Positions 41,901 through 50,969 of a stretch of 64,000 nucleotides of DNA are shown here, piece after piece. The DNA lies in the NCBI GenBank assembly GCA_013265495.1, contig MU058198.1, positions 6,463,779 through 6,527,778 of the forward strand, given 5' to 3'. Within the stretch, counting starts at the first letter, position 1. The number at the start of each line of letters is the position of its first letter. Made by a program: the position numbers and the translations under genes. The stretch is from Vicugna vicugna. Lineage: Eukaryota. Below the pieces are notes generated by a model. It was not told the origin of the DNA. It did not search any database and was given only the letters and a program-made list of their open reading frames with translations.

Positions 41901-42651
41901 GCCTGTGGGTCTGGAAAACGTGGAATGTTATCTTCAGAAAAGGTGGCTTCTGAACTAGATCTGGAAGGACGAAGAGTTCTCCAGGCACCACCAGGGAAAA
42001 GGCCAGAGCGTGTAGCAGAAAGAAAAGCAGACTGGTGTCAAAAGAATACGACATTCCTGACTTTGCTATTATTTAGGTAAATGGCCTCTGAAAACCATAA
42101 ACCCTCTCAGCTGCCCCATATATAAATCTACAACAAAACTCTCTCCATCTGTGTTATGTGTGTTTGATCTAATAGGAGCTCTGAAATCAGACTACCTAGG
42201 TTCAAATCGTCCCACTGTCACTTAGGAGTGACCTTGAGCTGGGTAACTAGTTGCTGTTTGCCTCAATCTCCCCACTTCAGAACAGAGGGCTGGTGTGCTA
42301 ATTAAATAATACATGTCAATCACTTAGCACAGCGTCTGATACGTAGGAAGCCCTCAAAAAATAATAACTATTATGATAAACTACAATATAAGAGGCCAAT
42401 ATATCAGATGCAAGGTTTGTGCCTGCTGCGTGTCCAGGTCCCTCCCAGTCCCGAGCCATCCCTGGCGGTGGGGGAGAGGGGGATGGGAGCTCAGAGCCGG
42501 GCTGCAAACCCTGCACGCATGTGTCACTGCCGGGCTCGGCACGCGCCTCTCCCCACCCTGGGGAGAAGCGATGGCTCAGCAGTCCCGGGCCCGCTCCCGC
42601 CGCTCAGACCGGGCACCCGGGGAGGGAAGAGGCTCGGACCCTACTTACCAT
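2874..42651 (-). CDS. XPO6: Exportin-6, 5' partial spliced CDS: join(42651-42649, 14472-14382, 11421-11309, 10262-10065, 5003-4844, 2951-2874); continues left of window
   Basis: Spliced translation MASEEASLRALESLMTEFFHDCTTNERKREIEELLNNFAQQIGAWRFCLYFLSSTRNDYVMMYSLTVFENLINKMWLGVPSQDKMEIRSCLPKLLLAHHK...QVQTVLGLLTGILETVWDKHSVTAATPPPSPTSGES is the recognisable N-terminus of mammalian exportin-6 (importin-beta family). All junctions are GT-AG and phases are consistent. Confidence 0.97.
3586..3850 (+). mobile_element. Old L1M 3'UTR fragment
   Basis: ATGCTAAGTAAAGGAAACCAGACACAAAAGG...AGATTAGTGGTTGCCAGGGG motifs typical of L1MB/MC. Confidence 0.75.
4844..5003 (-). CDS. XPO6: XPO6 exon 5 (160 nt; LIQSPVTTPLGLIMLK...VLGLLT)
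   Basis: Acceptor ttttcccggcag|TTA, donor ACAG|gtgagc; overlaps ORF 4740..4988. Confidence 0.96.
5085..5235 (+). mobile_element. Short MER2/Tigger-family DNA transposon
   Basis: CAGTC...ACTG ends with TA target duplications; GGTTCCAGGACCCCGTGGATACCAAAATCC internal motif. Confidence 0.8.
8300..9830 (+). mobile_element. Two L2 3' fragments (approx. 8300-8640 and 9050-9830)
   Basis: Pyrimidine-rich L2 body ending in ...CCTGGCACAGTA...AAATATTTG-like termini. Confidence 0.6.
10065..10262 (-). CDS. XPO6: XPO6 exon 4 (198 nt; NLINKMWLGVPSQ...FFTNILQ)
   Basis: Acceptor tttttcag|AAT, donor CAG|gtaagg; overlaps ORF 10002..10247. Confidence 0.96.
11014..11263 (-). mobile_element. Young 5'-truncated L1 3' end (artiodactyl/camelid type)
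   Basis: Poly-T, TTTATT, TTGAAGTATAATCAGTTTACAATGTTGTG L1 3'UTR signature; perfect 11-bp TSD TACAAAATACT (11003-11013, 11264-11274). Confidence 0.85.
11309..11421 (-). CDS. XPO6: XPO6 exon 3 (113 nt; EELLNNFAQQIGAWRFCLYFLSSTRNDYVMMYSLTVFE)
   Basis: Acceptor ttttccag|AG, donor GAG|gtaagt; lies within ORF 11216..11488. Confidence 0.96.
14382..14472 (-). CDS. XPO6: XPO6 exon 2 (91 nt; ASEEASLRALESLMTEFFHDCTTNERKREI)
   Basis: Acceptor ...tttgttag|GCA, donor ATAG|gtaagt; not in the ORF track, found by manual translation. Confidence 0.96.
17250..18240 (+). mobile_element. Old L1M fragment (ORF2 end + 3'UTR)
   Basis: Degenerate L1 ORF2-end motifs (GAATGGCTAAAATTTAAGACAGTAACAAGTGTTG; ATGTTGAGTGAAAGAAGCC). 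Confidence 0.75.
19635..19850 (+). mobile_element. MIR SINE
   Basis: TTAAAGAGCACAATCTCTGG...GGTTGTTCTGAGGATTAAAT...ATGTAAAGC. Confidence 0.7.
22020..22420 (+). mobile_element. Old L1MC/MD 3'UTR fragment
   Basis: ATGGTTATGTAAGAGAACATCC...TTTGAAATTTCTCCAAATAAAAAGTT terminus. Confidence 0.7.
25900..26100 (+). mobile_element. MIR SINE
   Basis: AACCTCTCTGGGTCTCAGGTTCTTCACTTGCAAAATG core. Confidence 0.65.
27510..28560 (+). mobile_element. L1MB and L1ME 3' fragments
   Basis: GTATGATTCCATTTATATGAAAT...GGGTACAGGGTTTCC motifs followed by a more degenerate L1. Confidence 0.65.
31500..32590 (+). mobile_element. HAL1/L1 ORF1-like relic (interrupted by a SINE)
   Basis: Two degenerate copies of the L1 ORF1 C-terminal RILYPAKL-type motif at 31701 and 31901. 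Confidence 0.55.
31997..32157 (+). mobile_element. tRNA-Ala-derived SINE (vic-1 type)
   Basis: GGGGAGGGTATAGCTCAGTGGTAGAG head, B box GGTTCAATTCC, A-rich tail. Confidence 0.85.
32595..33090 (+). mobile_element. L1MC/MD 3'UTR fragment
   Basis: GAGATGGAGAACAGATTAGCGGTTGC...TTTTGCAACTTCTTGTGAGT motifs. Confidence 0.75.
33890..34100 (+). mobile_element. MIR SINE
   Basis: TTGGACAAGCTACTT...CTGTAAAATGGG core. Confidence 0.65.
35848..35944 (-). mobile_element. MER2/Tigger-family fragment
   Basis: TAAGGGACTTGAGCATCC...GATTTTGGTAT...GAACCAATCCCC...GATACTGAGGGACG. Confidence 0.75.
36890..38300 (-). mobile_element. L2 LINE relic (long)
   Basis: Antisense L2 motifs (GCAAAGCCCTGAGGCAGGAAC; AAAGGATCACTGAGGCTACTGTGTTG; AAGGATGACTTCCAAGTTTTTGGC). 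Confidence 0.75.
38700..38940 (+). mobile_element. MIR SINE
   Basis: TTAAGAGCACTGACTCTGGAGCCAGA...CTCATTTATAAAATGGG. Confidence 0.8.
39975..40105 (-). mobile_element. tRNA-Ala-derived SINE (vic-1 type)
   Basis: Reverse complement of the same head (ggggattgaacccag...ctctaccactgagcta). Confidence 0.85.
40790..41250 (+). mobile_element. L1MB 3'UTR fragment
   Basis: CAATGGAATATTATTCAGCCTTAAAAAGGAAGGAAATCCTGACA...AAAATGGTTAAAATGGTAAGTTTT. Confidence 0.85.
42175..42375 (+). mobile_element. MIR SINE
   Basis: CTCTGAAATCAGACTACCTAGGTTCAAATC...GTGACCTTGAG...CTTAGCACAG. Confidence 0.7.
42649..42651 (-). CDS. XPO6: XPO6 coding exon 1 (start codon only)
   Basis: Minus strand reads GCCAGC-ATG|GTAAGT inside the CpG island. 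Joining to GCA of exon 2 gives Met-Ala-Ser in strong Kozak context (A at -3, G at +4). Confidence 0.9.
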
Positions 42652-43250
42652 GCTGGCCGGGGGAGGGGCGGCTCAGGTGAGCTGGCTCTCGGGCTTCGGA
42701 CACGTCCGGCTCGCACAGTTCAGGTCATGGTCCCAGCAGGCTCGGGAAGTCCCCCACCCATGCAAACACAACCGCTTCCCCACCCGGGTCCTGCGGGGAC
42801 CCTCTAAAAAGAGAGCGGCCCCCCGGCCCGCCTCATCGGGGACCCCCCGGAACAATTCATCCAGACCCACCCGCCCCTCCCCAAGGAAACTGAAAAAGCA
42901 GGAAATGGGGTTCGGAGGCCAGCGAGGAGGGCAACGGCTCGGGGCCCCCCGCCCGGGCCGGACCCCCTGAAGGGAGGCTCCGGACCCAGGCAGGGGCTCC
43001 CCAGCCCCCGCGTTCAGAAGCGGCGGCGGGCCCGGCCCCAAGGCTGAAGGGGCGGAGGCTGAAGGGGCCTCGGCGGCGCAGCCCAGGCGGCCGGCTCAAG
43101 GGAAAGGCCCGGGGGCCCGCGCTATCCTTGCAGCCTCAGCCCACACGACCGCCGCCGCCGCCCCCCCGGAGCATCCCTGCGCGCGCCCGCCCCGGAGATG
43201 CCCGCTCGCGCCGCGCGGCCGCCCCCGACCAACAGCCCCAACGCGCCGGA
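42652..43250 (-). other. XPO6: XPO6 exon 1 5' UTR (upstream boundary/TSS approximate)
   Basis: GC-rich sequence between the ATG and the promoter motif cluster. The TSS is inferred, not observed. Confidence 0.6.
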
Positions 43251-43513
43251 AGTGGCGAGCGCCCGGCGCGGCCCCACGGCGCGGCCGCCGGGCTGCGGCG
43301 CTGGAACCGGACCAATCCGGAATCGAGCGGGCGAGGGGGTGGGGGCGCGGGGCGGGGCCGCACCTGACGGCTCTCGTCTGGCCCCGCCTCCGCCCCGCCC
43401 CGCCCCGTGCCCGCGGCCCTCCGCCCGTCCACGCGGGCCGGCGGCCATGTTGGTACAGGGCGCTGGGCCTGCCATCTTAGTAAAGGGGCGGTTTCTCTTT
43501 CGCTATCTTCGCT

Positions 43514-43920
43514 CATTCATTCCGCAAATGTTGACGGAGCGCCTTTTACGTGCCCAGGACCCGGCTGGAAGTCAGCGGCGCGCAGCCTCTGCCCTCGTGG
43601 AGCTTACATCCATTCAGTCCATACTCATTTGAGCCCTCTGTGGCCCAGGCGCCACTGCGGGTACTGGGACTAGTACAGTAAACGAGATTGCTGTAGTCCT
43701 TGCCCCTGGAGGAGGCAGATAAGCAGCAAGTAGAGAGCAAGTGAATAAGTTAATTGTAAGAAGTGAGGAGTGCTAATAGTGTTATGAACGCAACGAATAC
43801 GCGGGGCCCGAGATAGAAAATGGAACAGAGGAATGGAAAGGTAAACTGAAGCCCAAAGAATAATGTCAGTAGTGGGAAGCATGATCAAAGTCGAAGGAAC
43901 GGCAACTGCAGAGGTTCTGA
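43514..43920 (-). mobile_element. L2 3' end at the edge of the CpG island
   Basis: CATTCATTCCGCAAATGTTGACGGAGCGCCTTTTACGTGCCCAGG resembles the antisense L2 terminus CATTCATTCAACAAATATTTATTGAGCACCTACTATGTGCCAGG. Confidence 0.6.
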
Positions 43921-44072
43921 GAGGGTAAAGATATGATGGGTTCCTGTTCCTATCTTCCAACCCACTTCACTTGTGAAAATGCTGATTTTACGAAACAGAA
44001 TCATGAAACAGTCCCAAGCAGTAGAAGTGTTGCTAGGGCGTGCTTACTGCACAGACTGGAGCAAATCTGTAT

Positions 44073-44262
44073 TAATGGCTTCCAAACTCCATCATGAACC
44101 AAAATCACCTGGAGGGCATCCTGTTAAGACACTAATTGCCAATCCCCACTCCCAGAGCTTCTAATCAGTAGACCAGGAGTAGCACGTAATAATTTACATT
44201 TCTGACAAGTTCCCAGGTGATGCTAATGCTGCAGGTCCAGGGGTCACACTTGAGAACTGCTG
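44073..44262 (-). mobile_element. MER5A (hAT-Charlie)
   Basis: AATCACCTGGAGGG...CAAGTTCCCAGGTGATGCTAATGCTGC...TTGAGAAC. Confidence 0.8.
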
Positions 44263-46544
44263 ATATAACCACAGAAAACAACAGCTTCCATTTATTCCTT
44301 CATCAAATATTTATTGTTGCCCACTAAGTGACAACCACTGTTCCGAGGACTCAGTGCTGAGCAAAACTTGGGCCCTTATCAATACAGAAAGAAATTATCT
44401 TTAAAATGTTACAAAATAAGTAATCAATTATCATTGTTATAAGGGCATTAAAGAAAAATACAAACCACTTGAGAGTGAATAGCCAAGGGAGCTAAGGTAA
44501 TCTTGGAGGTTGGAATGGAGAGGAGGTCAGGAAGTGACATTTATTTAGCTGTAGCCTGAAAGACTTACCGTAGTTTGCTGGTCAAAGAGAGGGGGCATAG
44601 AATCACCTAGACAGTATAAACTGCATGTACAAAGGAGCTGTTTCGGAAGGTAAATGTATTGAGGCCAAGTGACTTGTCCTTTCTTAGCTCAATTTAGTGA
44701 GATGAGCAAAGGCTTTGGGATGAGAGAAATTTGAAGTGGAAAATCCAGCTCTTACCAGTAGCTGAGGTATATTGAGCAAGGGACTGTCAAAATCTTAATT
44801 TCCTCACTGTGTAATGGAATGAAATAACAGAAAGTCACCTCACCCTCAATAAGAGGCAAGCTTTGGCTCACATAACTCCCAGAACTGAACAACTAGAAAT
44901 AGGTCAGCTTCAGGCTGGGAGTGATGGGAGCCCAGAATCTGTTCCTCTAGGATTTTCTTGGCTCTATGATCCTCTGTGTATCAGCCTAGTCCTCAAAATG
45001 GCTGCCAGGACCCGCCACAGCTGCAAAATTCCCTGTTGACATCCAGCAAGAGAGAGCACTTTTTCTCATGTCCTATCTTATGGCAATAAGCTTTATCCTA
45101 CTGGTCCTAATTGACCCAGGCCTGCCCATCCCTGAACTTGCCATGTGAAGGAAGGTGGAATTGCTATGATCGACGGAAAGAATCCTGCCCTGGGGTGGAT
45201 ATCAATTCCTCAGGATAAAGGGGATTTGTCGGAGTCACCACATATCCACCATACCTCTATTGCCAGGCTAAAGTGAAGATTAAATTTAATGTACACAAAA
45301 CATCTAGCACATAAGACATGCAATAAATCATAGCTATTATTAATTTTACTCCAGGGATTTTGTCCAAGTCAACTAAATAACATTTTGTTATTAATATTAA
45401 TCTCAAGCCTGCCTATTCCAAAAAAAAGATTTAAGGCTGCTATTACTTTTTGTTGGCACTGCAGGGATGGCCCCCATCCATCTCCTTCTGCTCATTCCTC
45501 TTGCTATTGCCTTGGTCTCATTCATTCAGTTATTTGTTCAACAAATATTCAGGGAGTTAGTATCAACTTTGTACAAGACCTTTTGCAAAACCTGAGTTCC
45601 AAAATGAATAAAATTCAGGCAAATTTCACTGCCTCATGGTGGAAACAGCCACACAAACAATGACAGCATGGTGTGAGAGGTGCTATACTAGAGGTGTGTA
45701 CAAACTGAAGCACACAAAGAGGTATGGGTGGGGGAACAACTAGCTATGGCAGGGGGAGTAATTGGAAGACTGAACAACGATGGTAACATTTCCGTTGGGC
45801 CTTGCCGGATAAATAGAAGTTCACCCAACTACTACCGAGTCCCCACTCCTCTTTCCACTCCAAGCTATCTCCTATTGTGTCAAGTCTCTTTACACTGCAA
45901 GTGACAAAGTTGGGTCTATAGAGTTGGGACTCTATCATAAGAAGAAAAGGGACTATATTGTCTCATGTGAGAGAATCATCCAAAGGGTTGCATGGATTTC
46001 AGACATGGATGGATTCTGGGTCTGAAATGATATCACAGAACTCAATTTCTCTCCATTTCTTGGTTCTGCTTCCTTGATTGGGGACCCCCACGGTGAGCCC
46101 TGCATACCCAGGGGTTATCTTCTATCAGGTTGAAGCCTGTTTGAGAAGACTGTGTTTCTCCTACAAATGTTCCAAGAAAATAATCCCATTGGCTCTCTCT
46201 GGATTACTCCTGAACCAATCACTGCAACCAGGGAGAATATGATGCTCTGATTGGTAGACCTTGGTCCCATGCTCCACCCCAAGCTCCAGAATAGCTCTTT
46301 CAATGGCCAAGATCTCTTTGAGCCCCACTATTCTACCAGGCTGTCAGCAACTTGGAGAATTCTCCTGTTTTGCAGATGAGGAAACATGTTAGTTTCTCAA
46401 AAGGCATAGGAGTTAACAGCAGCATTCAATATGGATTTAATGAAAGAAGGAAGAATAGGGTGACTGGCACCCTCTATAGGTGACAAGAACACACTCAGTT
46501 TAACCTGTCATTCAAGGCCTTTGAAGTCTTTGAAGCTCTGTAAC

Positions 46545-46670
46545 CAGACTCTCTGGTTTTGAGTCTTTACTCTGTCTCTTACATAGCTGTGTAGCCTTGA
46601 CCAAGTCACTTAAACTCTCTGTACCTCAGTTTCTTCATCCATAAAATGGGGACAACACAAGGACCTATCT
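46545..46670 (+). mobile_element. MIR SINE
   Basis: CAAGTCACTTAAACTCTCTGTACCTCAGTTTCTTCATCCATAAAATGGGG core. Confidence 0.8.
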
Positions 46671-46686
46671 GGCCAGGTAGATACCT

Positions 46687-47122
46687 GTATCAGTCAGTTT
46701 CTATGAGGAAACTCTAATTCAGATTTGAAGAATTGACAAGGAGGCTATTCTAAAAGAGGTGTAAGGAAACCCTACAAAGGCTACTACCGTACCCCAGATC
46801 TAGTAACAGCAAGACTACTAGTACCCCTAGTCCTAAAGGGACAAGAGGAAGAATGGTTGCCAGAATCTGGCAAAGAAGAATCGTGTGAAAGAGTAGCTGA
46901 AGGAAGCATCCAGCCAAGGTGATCCTGCAGGGAGGAAGCCAGTAGAATAAATACACTGACCTCACTCACCTCCCTCCCTCTCTCTCCTGCTGGGGTTCCC
47001 CCATTGCATAAATCCAACTAGGAGCCAGAGACCAATGGAGGCTGGTGATGTAGTTCATAGAGGCCAACTTCCTGGGCACACGGCTAGGCAGAGAAGGGGA
47101 AATGGAAGAGTCCAGCAGAACA
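46687..47122 (-). mobile_element. ERVL LTR (LTR41-like)
   Basis: CCAACTAGGAGCCAGAG...GATGTAGTTCATAGAGGCCAACTTCCTGGGCACA motif; subfamily assigned by eye. Confidence 0.5.
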
Positions 47123-47589
47123 CTAGTAAGTGTTTAGAACCATGCCTGGTGTATTAAAAGATTCTCAATCATTTTAGTGATGAATTACCATTTCCAGCCT
47201 ACTTCCATCCAGCTCTCCTTTCAAACTCCTCTTCCTTTACAAATCCACCTCGCTAGAATCTTCATGGCTCCTAGAAAATAGCAGGCTCCTTCATGTCTCT
47301 GAGCCTGTGCTTAGGTTGTTCCACCTTTTGGAATGACCTTTCCCTCATCCTTTCCCCTTCCTTTAAAACTTCTATTCGTCCCAAAGACCAGACTCAGATG
47401 TCTCTCATGAGTGTCCTCCTCTTGTGGAATAAAGGGCAGTTAATAAACATTCATTAATATGATAATGGAGAGAGATTACCTGAAGACTTACCTAGTTGTA
47501 ACATCCACCAGAAATATCCAACAGGAATTATCCATGGATACAGCATCTTGGGGGAGAGATCTCTAGTGTCCAGATATACCTGCCTTTGC

Positions 47590-48490
47590 TGTCTTCCAGC
47601 TACAAGGGAGGATTACACTTCCTTATTCCTTGCAGTTCGGTAGGATGATGCCGACTGAGTGGAAGTGACCCGTGTCACTTCTGGGCCAGAGCATTTCCCT
47701 GCCTGTGCAAGTCCCTTCCATTCTGCTCTCCCCTGCCATAGTGAACTCTGAGGCACCCTGTTGAAACTGTGGCACCATAAAATGGAGTGATGACATGGGA
47801 CAGAACCCCTTCCTGATCCACACCAGACCAGCAGAACAAGCACAAATAAACTTCTGTGTTTTGAGACACTGAGGTTTGGGGGTGGTTTGTTACTGCAGCA
47901 TAACCTGGCCTTTCCTGACTGGTACATATGATCGTGTGTGCAAAGATGGGCCCCCACTAAATCATGTCTGTCAGTATTCAGCCTTAGGTAGTCCCCTGCC
48001 CTTGAACCTGGGCTGGCCCTGTGAATTCACTTCTGACCAATGAAATAGAGTGGAATGGAACATGACTTTCAAAGTTAGATCTTGCAAAGCTAATAGCTTT
48101 TTTTCTGGGTTTCTTGGAATAGTTCCTCTTGAATGAGTGAGCCACCACGTAAGAAGTCCGATTAGCTAAGAATGCCATACTGTGAGGAAGTTCTAGCTAC
48201 CCACGTGGAAAGATTGCAGGAGGAAAGAGTGTTGGCTGACCAGCTTCCATCCGTCACAGCTGGCCCAGCTGAAGCACCAGCCATGTGAGAAAAGAGGCCA
48301 TCTTGGATGGTTGAGCCCAGCCATGACTTGGAAAGACTCCAGGTCCAACACCTCTCCTACTGCAACTGTGTGAAGGACCCCAAATGAGAACCACCCAGCT
48401 AGGCCTGTGCAGAACTGTGACAAATAATAGTAAGTTGTTGTTTTAAGTCATTACATTTTGGGGGACAACGATCATACCAAGAACATGCAA
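47590..48490 (+). mobile_element. Two adjacent MaLR LTRs (MLT1-type; junction approx. 47930)
   Basis: MLT1 3' signatures AATAAACTTCTGTGTTTTGAGACACTGAG...TTGTTACTGCAGCATAACC and GTTGTTGTTTTAAGTCATTACATTTTGGGG. Confidence 0.75.
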
Positions 48491-50849
48491 CAGTCTGTAA
48501 CTAGAACACTAAAGTAAGAATCTGCCCTTTAAGAGAAGTCATAAGGAGACATCACACCCCTTTTTTTGAAGGGCCATGAAAAACCAGTGTCCATAACCCC
48601 AATCAACCCTGGGCCACCCCTGACATGAGACCTGGCCAAGCATCCACTGACTGTGTTCTTAGAAGACAGAAAGTGCCTGAGGCTCACATCATGCGAGATC
48701 ACCCTTCATCCAAACTCAAGACACACCCAGGTCTCCCACAGCTTCAGTGAGCCCCAGACAACCTTCAGATCAGAGACCCTCCAGCTCAAGCTGAGCCCCC
48801 TACACTGTTAGGTGGTTGCTGAAATGAATTTCTGTTGACCTGGCAAACTTTGGAAGAATAAAGCAGGGTGTAAGTATTATCAATTGAAAAAAAATTGTGG
48901 AATTGCACTACCTTGATTCTGAACAGTGTGTGTGATAGTTTTTTTTATCTAAATTATTTCCTAAACAACATCTATATTTAGGAAGTCCAGTGTGTTATTG
49001 AACAATAATTACTTTTTTTTAAATGACAAACAAAAATAGGGAGGATAATAAAAGATCACAAATGGATCCAAAAATGTACTGCTGACAAAAGAGAAGATGA
49101 GCCCTGTCTGTGGACAAATGGATACAAATTGAGTGCAAAACACCTCTATTTTATATGCAGATTAGAACTAATAAAACAATGTAAAATGCAGAAAATTAAA
49201 AGGACAACTTATTATGAAGCAATGACAAAGAGGAAATAAACTTAGGGTTGTAATGAAGGAAGATTTAAAAGAGAAATTAAAGTGACGCAGCTACAATATA
49301 ATCAAAGTCTTAGATGCAGGTGTAACCCAGGCATCAGCTGTATCTTTCTCCTCTGGCTCCTGTGTGCTCTGCCTTTTGCCTAACAACCTGGGTGCAAAAC
49401 CCAAAACTCCTTTAAATTTCCCAGAACAATCCACTCACATCAAAGCAGTGTTTCCAGTTGGGGTACAACTGGCCTTGTGTGAGAAACATCTCACCAGCTG
49501 GTACGGTCCTGGTTACCAAGTTAGTAATGACCATGCCCTCACCCTCAGCAGTCATTGTGACCAGTAAAACCAGCCCACGTGTTTCTAATGTTGCTGGTGC
49601 CAGTACCATCCTCAATGGAGCAACCTTGCACCAGGGCAACAGGGAACCCATCTTTACGAAAGATTTCATAATGGGATGTCCATTGCAAACCACCTAAAAC
49701 CTTCATTCACGTTTTTTGCTTTTTTCTACAACCCTTCGTCAGCTGAACTGCTCCTGGGTCCTTTTTCCCTAGCTCGTCATCACTCATAGTGCCTGGATAC
49801 CTAGTTTATTTCTCCTCCCTCCAGAATTTCTATCCAAATCTCAAGTTTTTCTCCTTGATATTATGCAAAGAGGAGACATCACTGCCCTGGATGCTACCCA
49901 ATATTTGCATATCACACTCATCATTTTCTCAGCAAAACAAAGGGCCCTCATGTCAACAGAACCCACCATCCTTAGAAGGTGGTTTAGCCGCCATCAGTGG
50001 TTACCTGAACACACCTTGAAATCTCACCCCAAGTGCCCTATCAGCTGTGATTGCTCTGGAGCATTCTGATGAAGGAAGTTGTCTCCACCTTGTTACACAG
50101 GAAGAGTACAGATGATGCAGGGGACACCTATTTTTTTTTTTGCCTATTCCTTCTCCCCAATTTAGCTCTGAAGTTACCTCTCCTCTACTCTCAGTGCTTG
50201 AAGTTTGGGTGGACTTGACCCCACTCCTCGGTGTCAGGTAAGTGTGCGACCCAAGAAAATATGTTTTCCATTCTTTTACTAACAAAACCAATCCTATAAA
50301 AAAATCATCTTGTGCATAAACATATATAAGTGTGCAGGAGTGTCTGTAGAATAAGTTCACAAAAGTAGAACTGCTGGGTCAAAAGGTGTTTTTGATGGAC
50401 TGTGCCAAATCAGCACCCAGAAGAGCTGTGTGCTCCCACCAGCTACACAGAGAGTATCTATTTCCACACAGACTGGCAGTAGGTTGTATTGTCAAACTTC
50501 TGGATTTTTTTTGCCAAACTGAGAGGTGACATAACAATTTTTTTGTGAACTGTCTGTATGCACTTTGCCCCTCTTTGCTATTGAATTGTAGGACTCTTGT
50601 CTATATTTCTAGGAGTTCTTTTTGTGATCAGGAGACTAACTATTTGTGATACTAACTTGCAGATGTTTTTCCCCATATTGTCATTTGTCTTTTGACTTTG
50701 TTTATGGTTTTACTTTTCCACAAAGAAGTTTTACTTTTTTGTGTGTGGTTGAATTAGCCAATGGTTTCTGGATTTTGAGTCATATTTAGTAAGACTGACT
50801 CAATGCCAATGTTTAAAGGAATTCACCAGTGCTTTCTTCAAGTACTTTT

Positions 50850-50969
50850 GTTTGTTTGTCTGTTTGGGGGAAATTAGGTTTATTTATTTATAAGGGAGGT
50901 ACTAGGGATTAAACCCAGAACCTTGTACATGCTAAGCACGCACTCTACCACTGAACTATACCCTCCCCC
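50850..50969 (-). mobile_element. tRNA-Ala-derived SINE (vic-1 type)
   Basis: Same family; perfect 14-bp TSD CTTCAAGTACTTTT (50836-50849, 50972-50985). Confidence 0.9.

Larger units (their letters stand above)
42420..43620. promoter_or_regulatory. CpG island / TATA-less XPO6 promoter
   Basis: Very high GC and CpG density against a CpG-depleted background. ETS motif CCGGAAGTG 43246-43254, CCAAT 43312-43316, GC boxes 43349-43358 and 43381-43407, YY1-like GCCATGTTGG 43444-43453 and GCCATCTT 43471-43478. Confidence 0.9.

Noticed and set aside
42673..43041. 122-codon minus-strand ORF in frame with the XPO6 ATG as an N-terminal extension
   Set aside because: It ends at TGA 21 nt before the ATG and begins at a non-ATG codon.
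42316..43740. Many long overlapping ORFs (up to 183 aa) on both strands
   Set aside because: Expected from stop-codon scarcity in a CpG island; Gly/Pro/Arg/Ala-rich with no recognisable domain.
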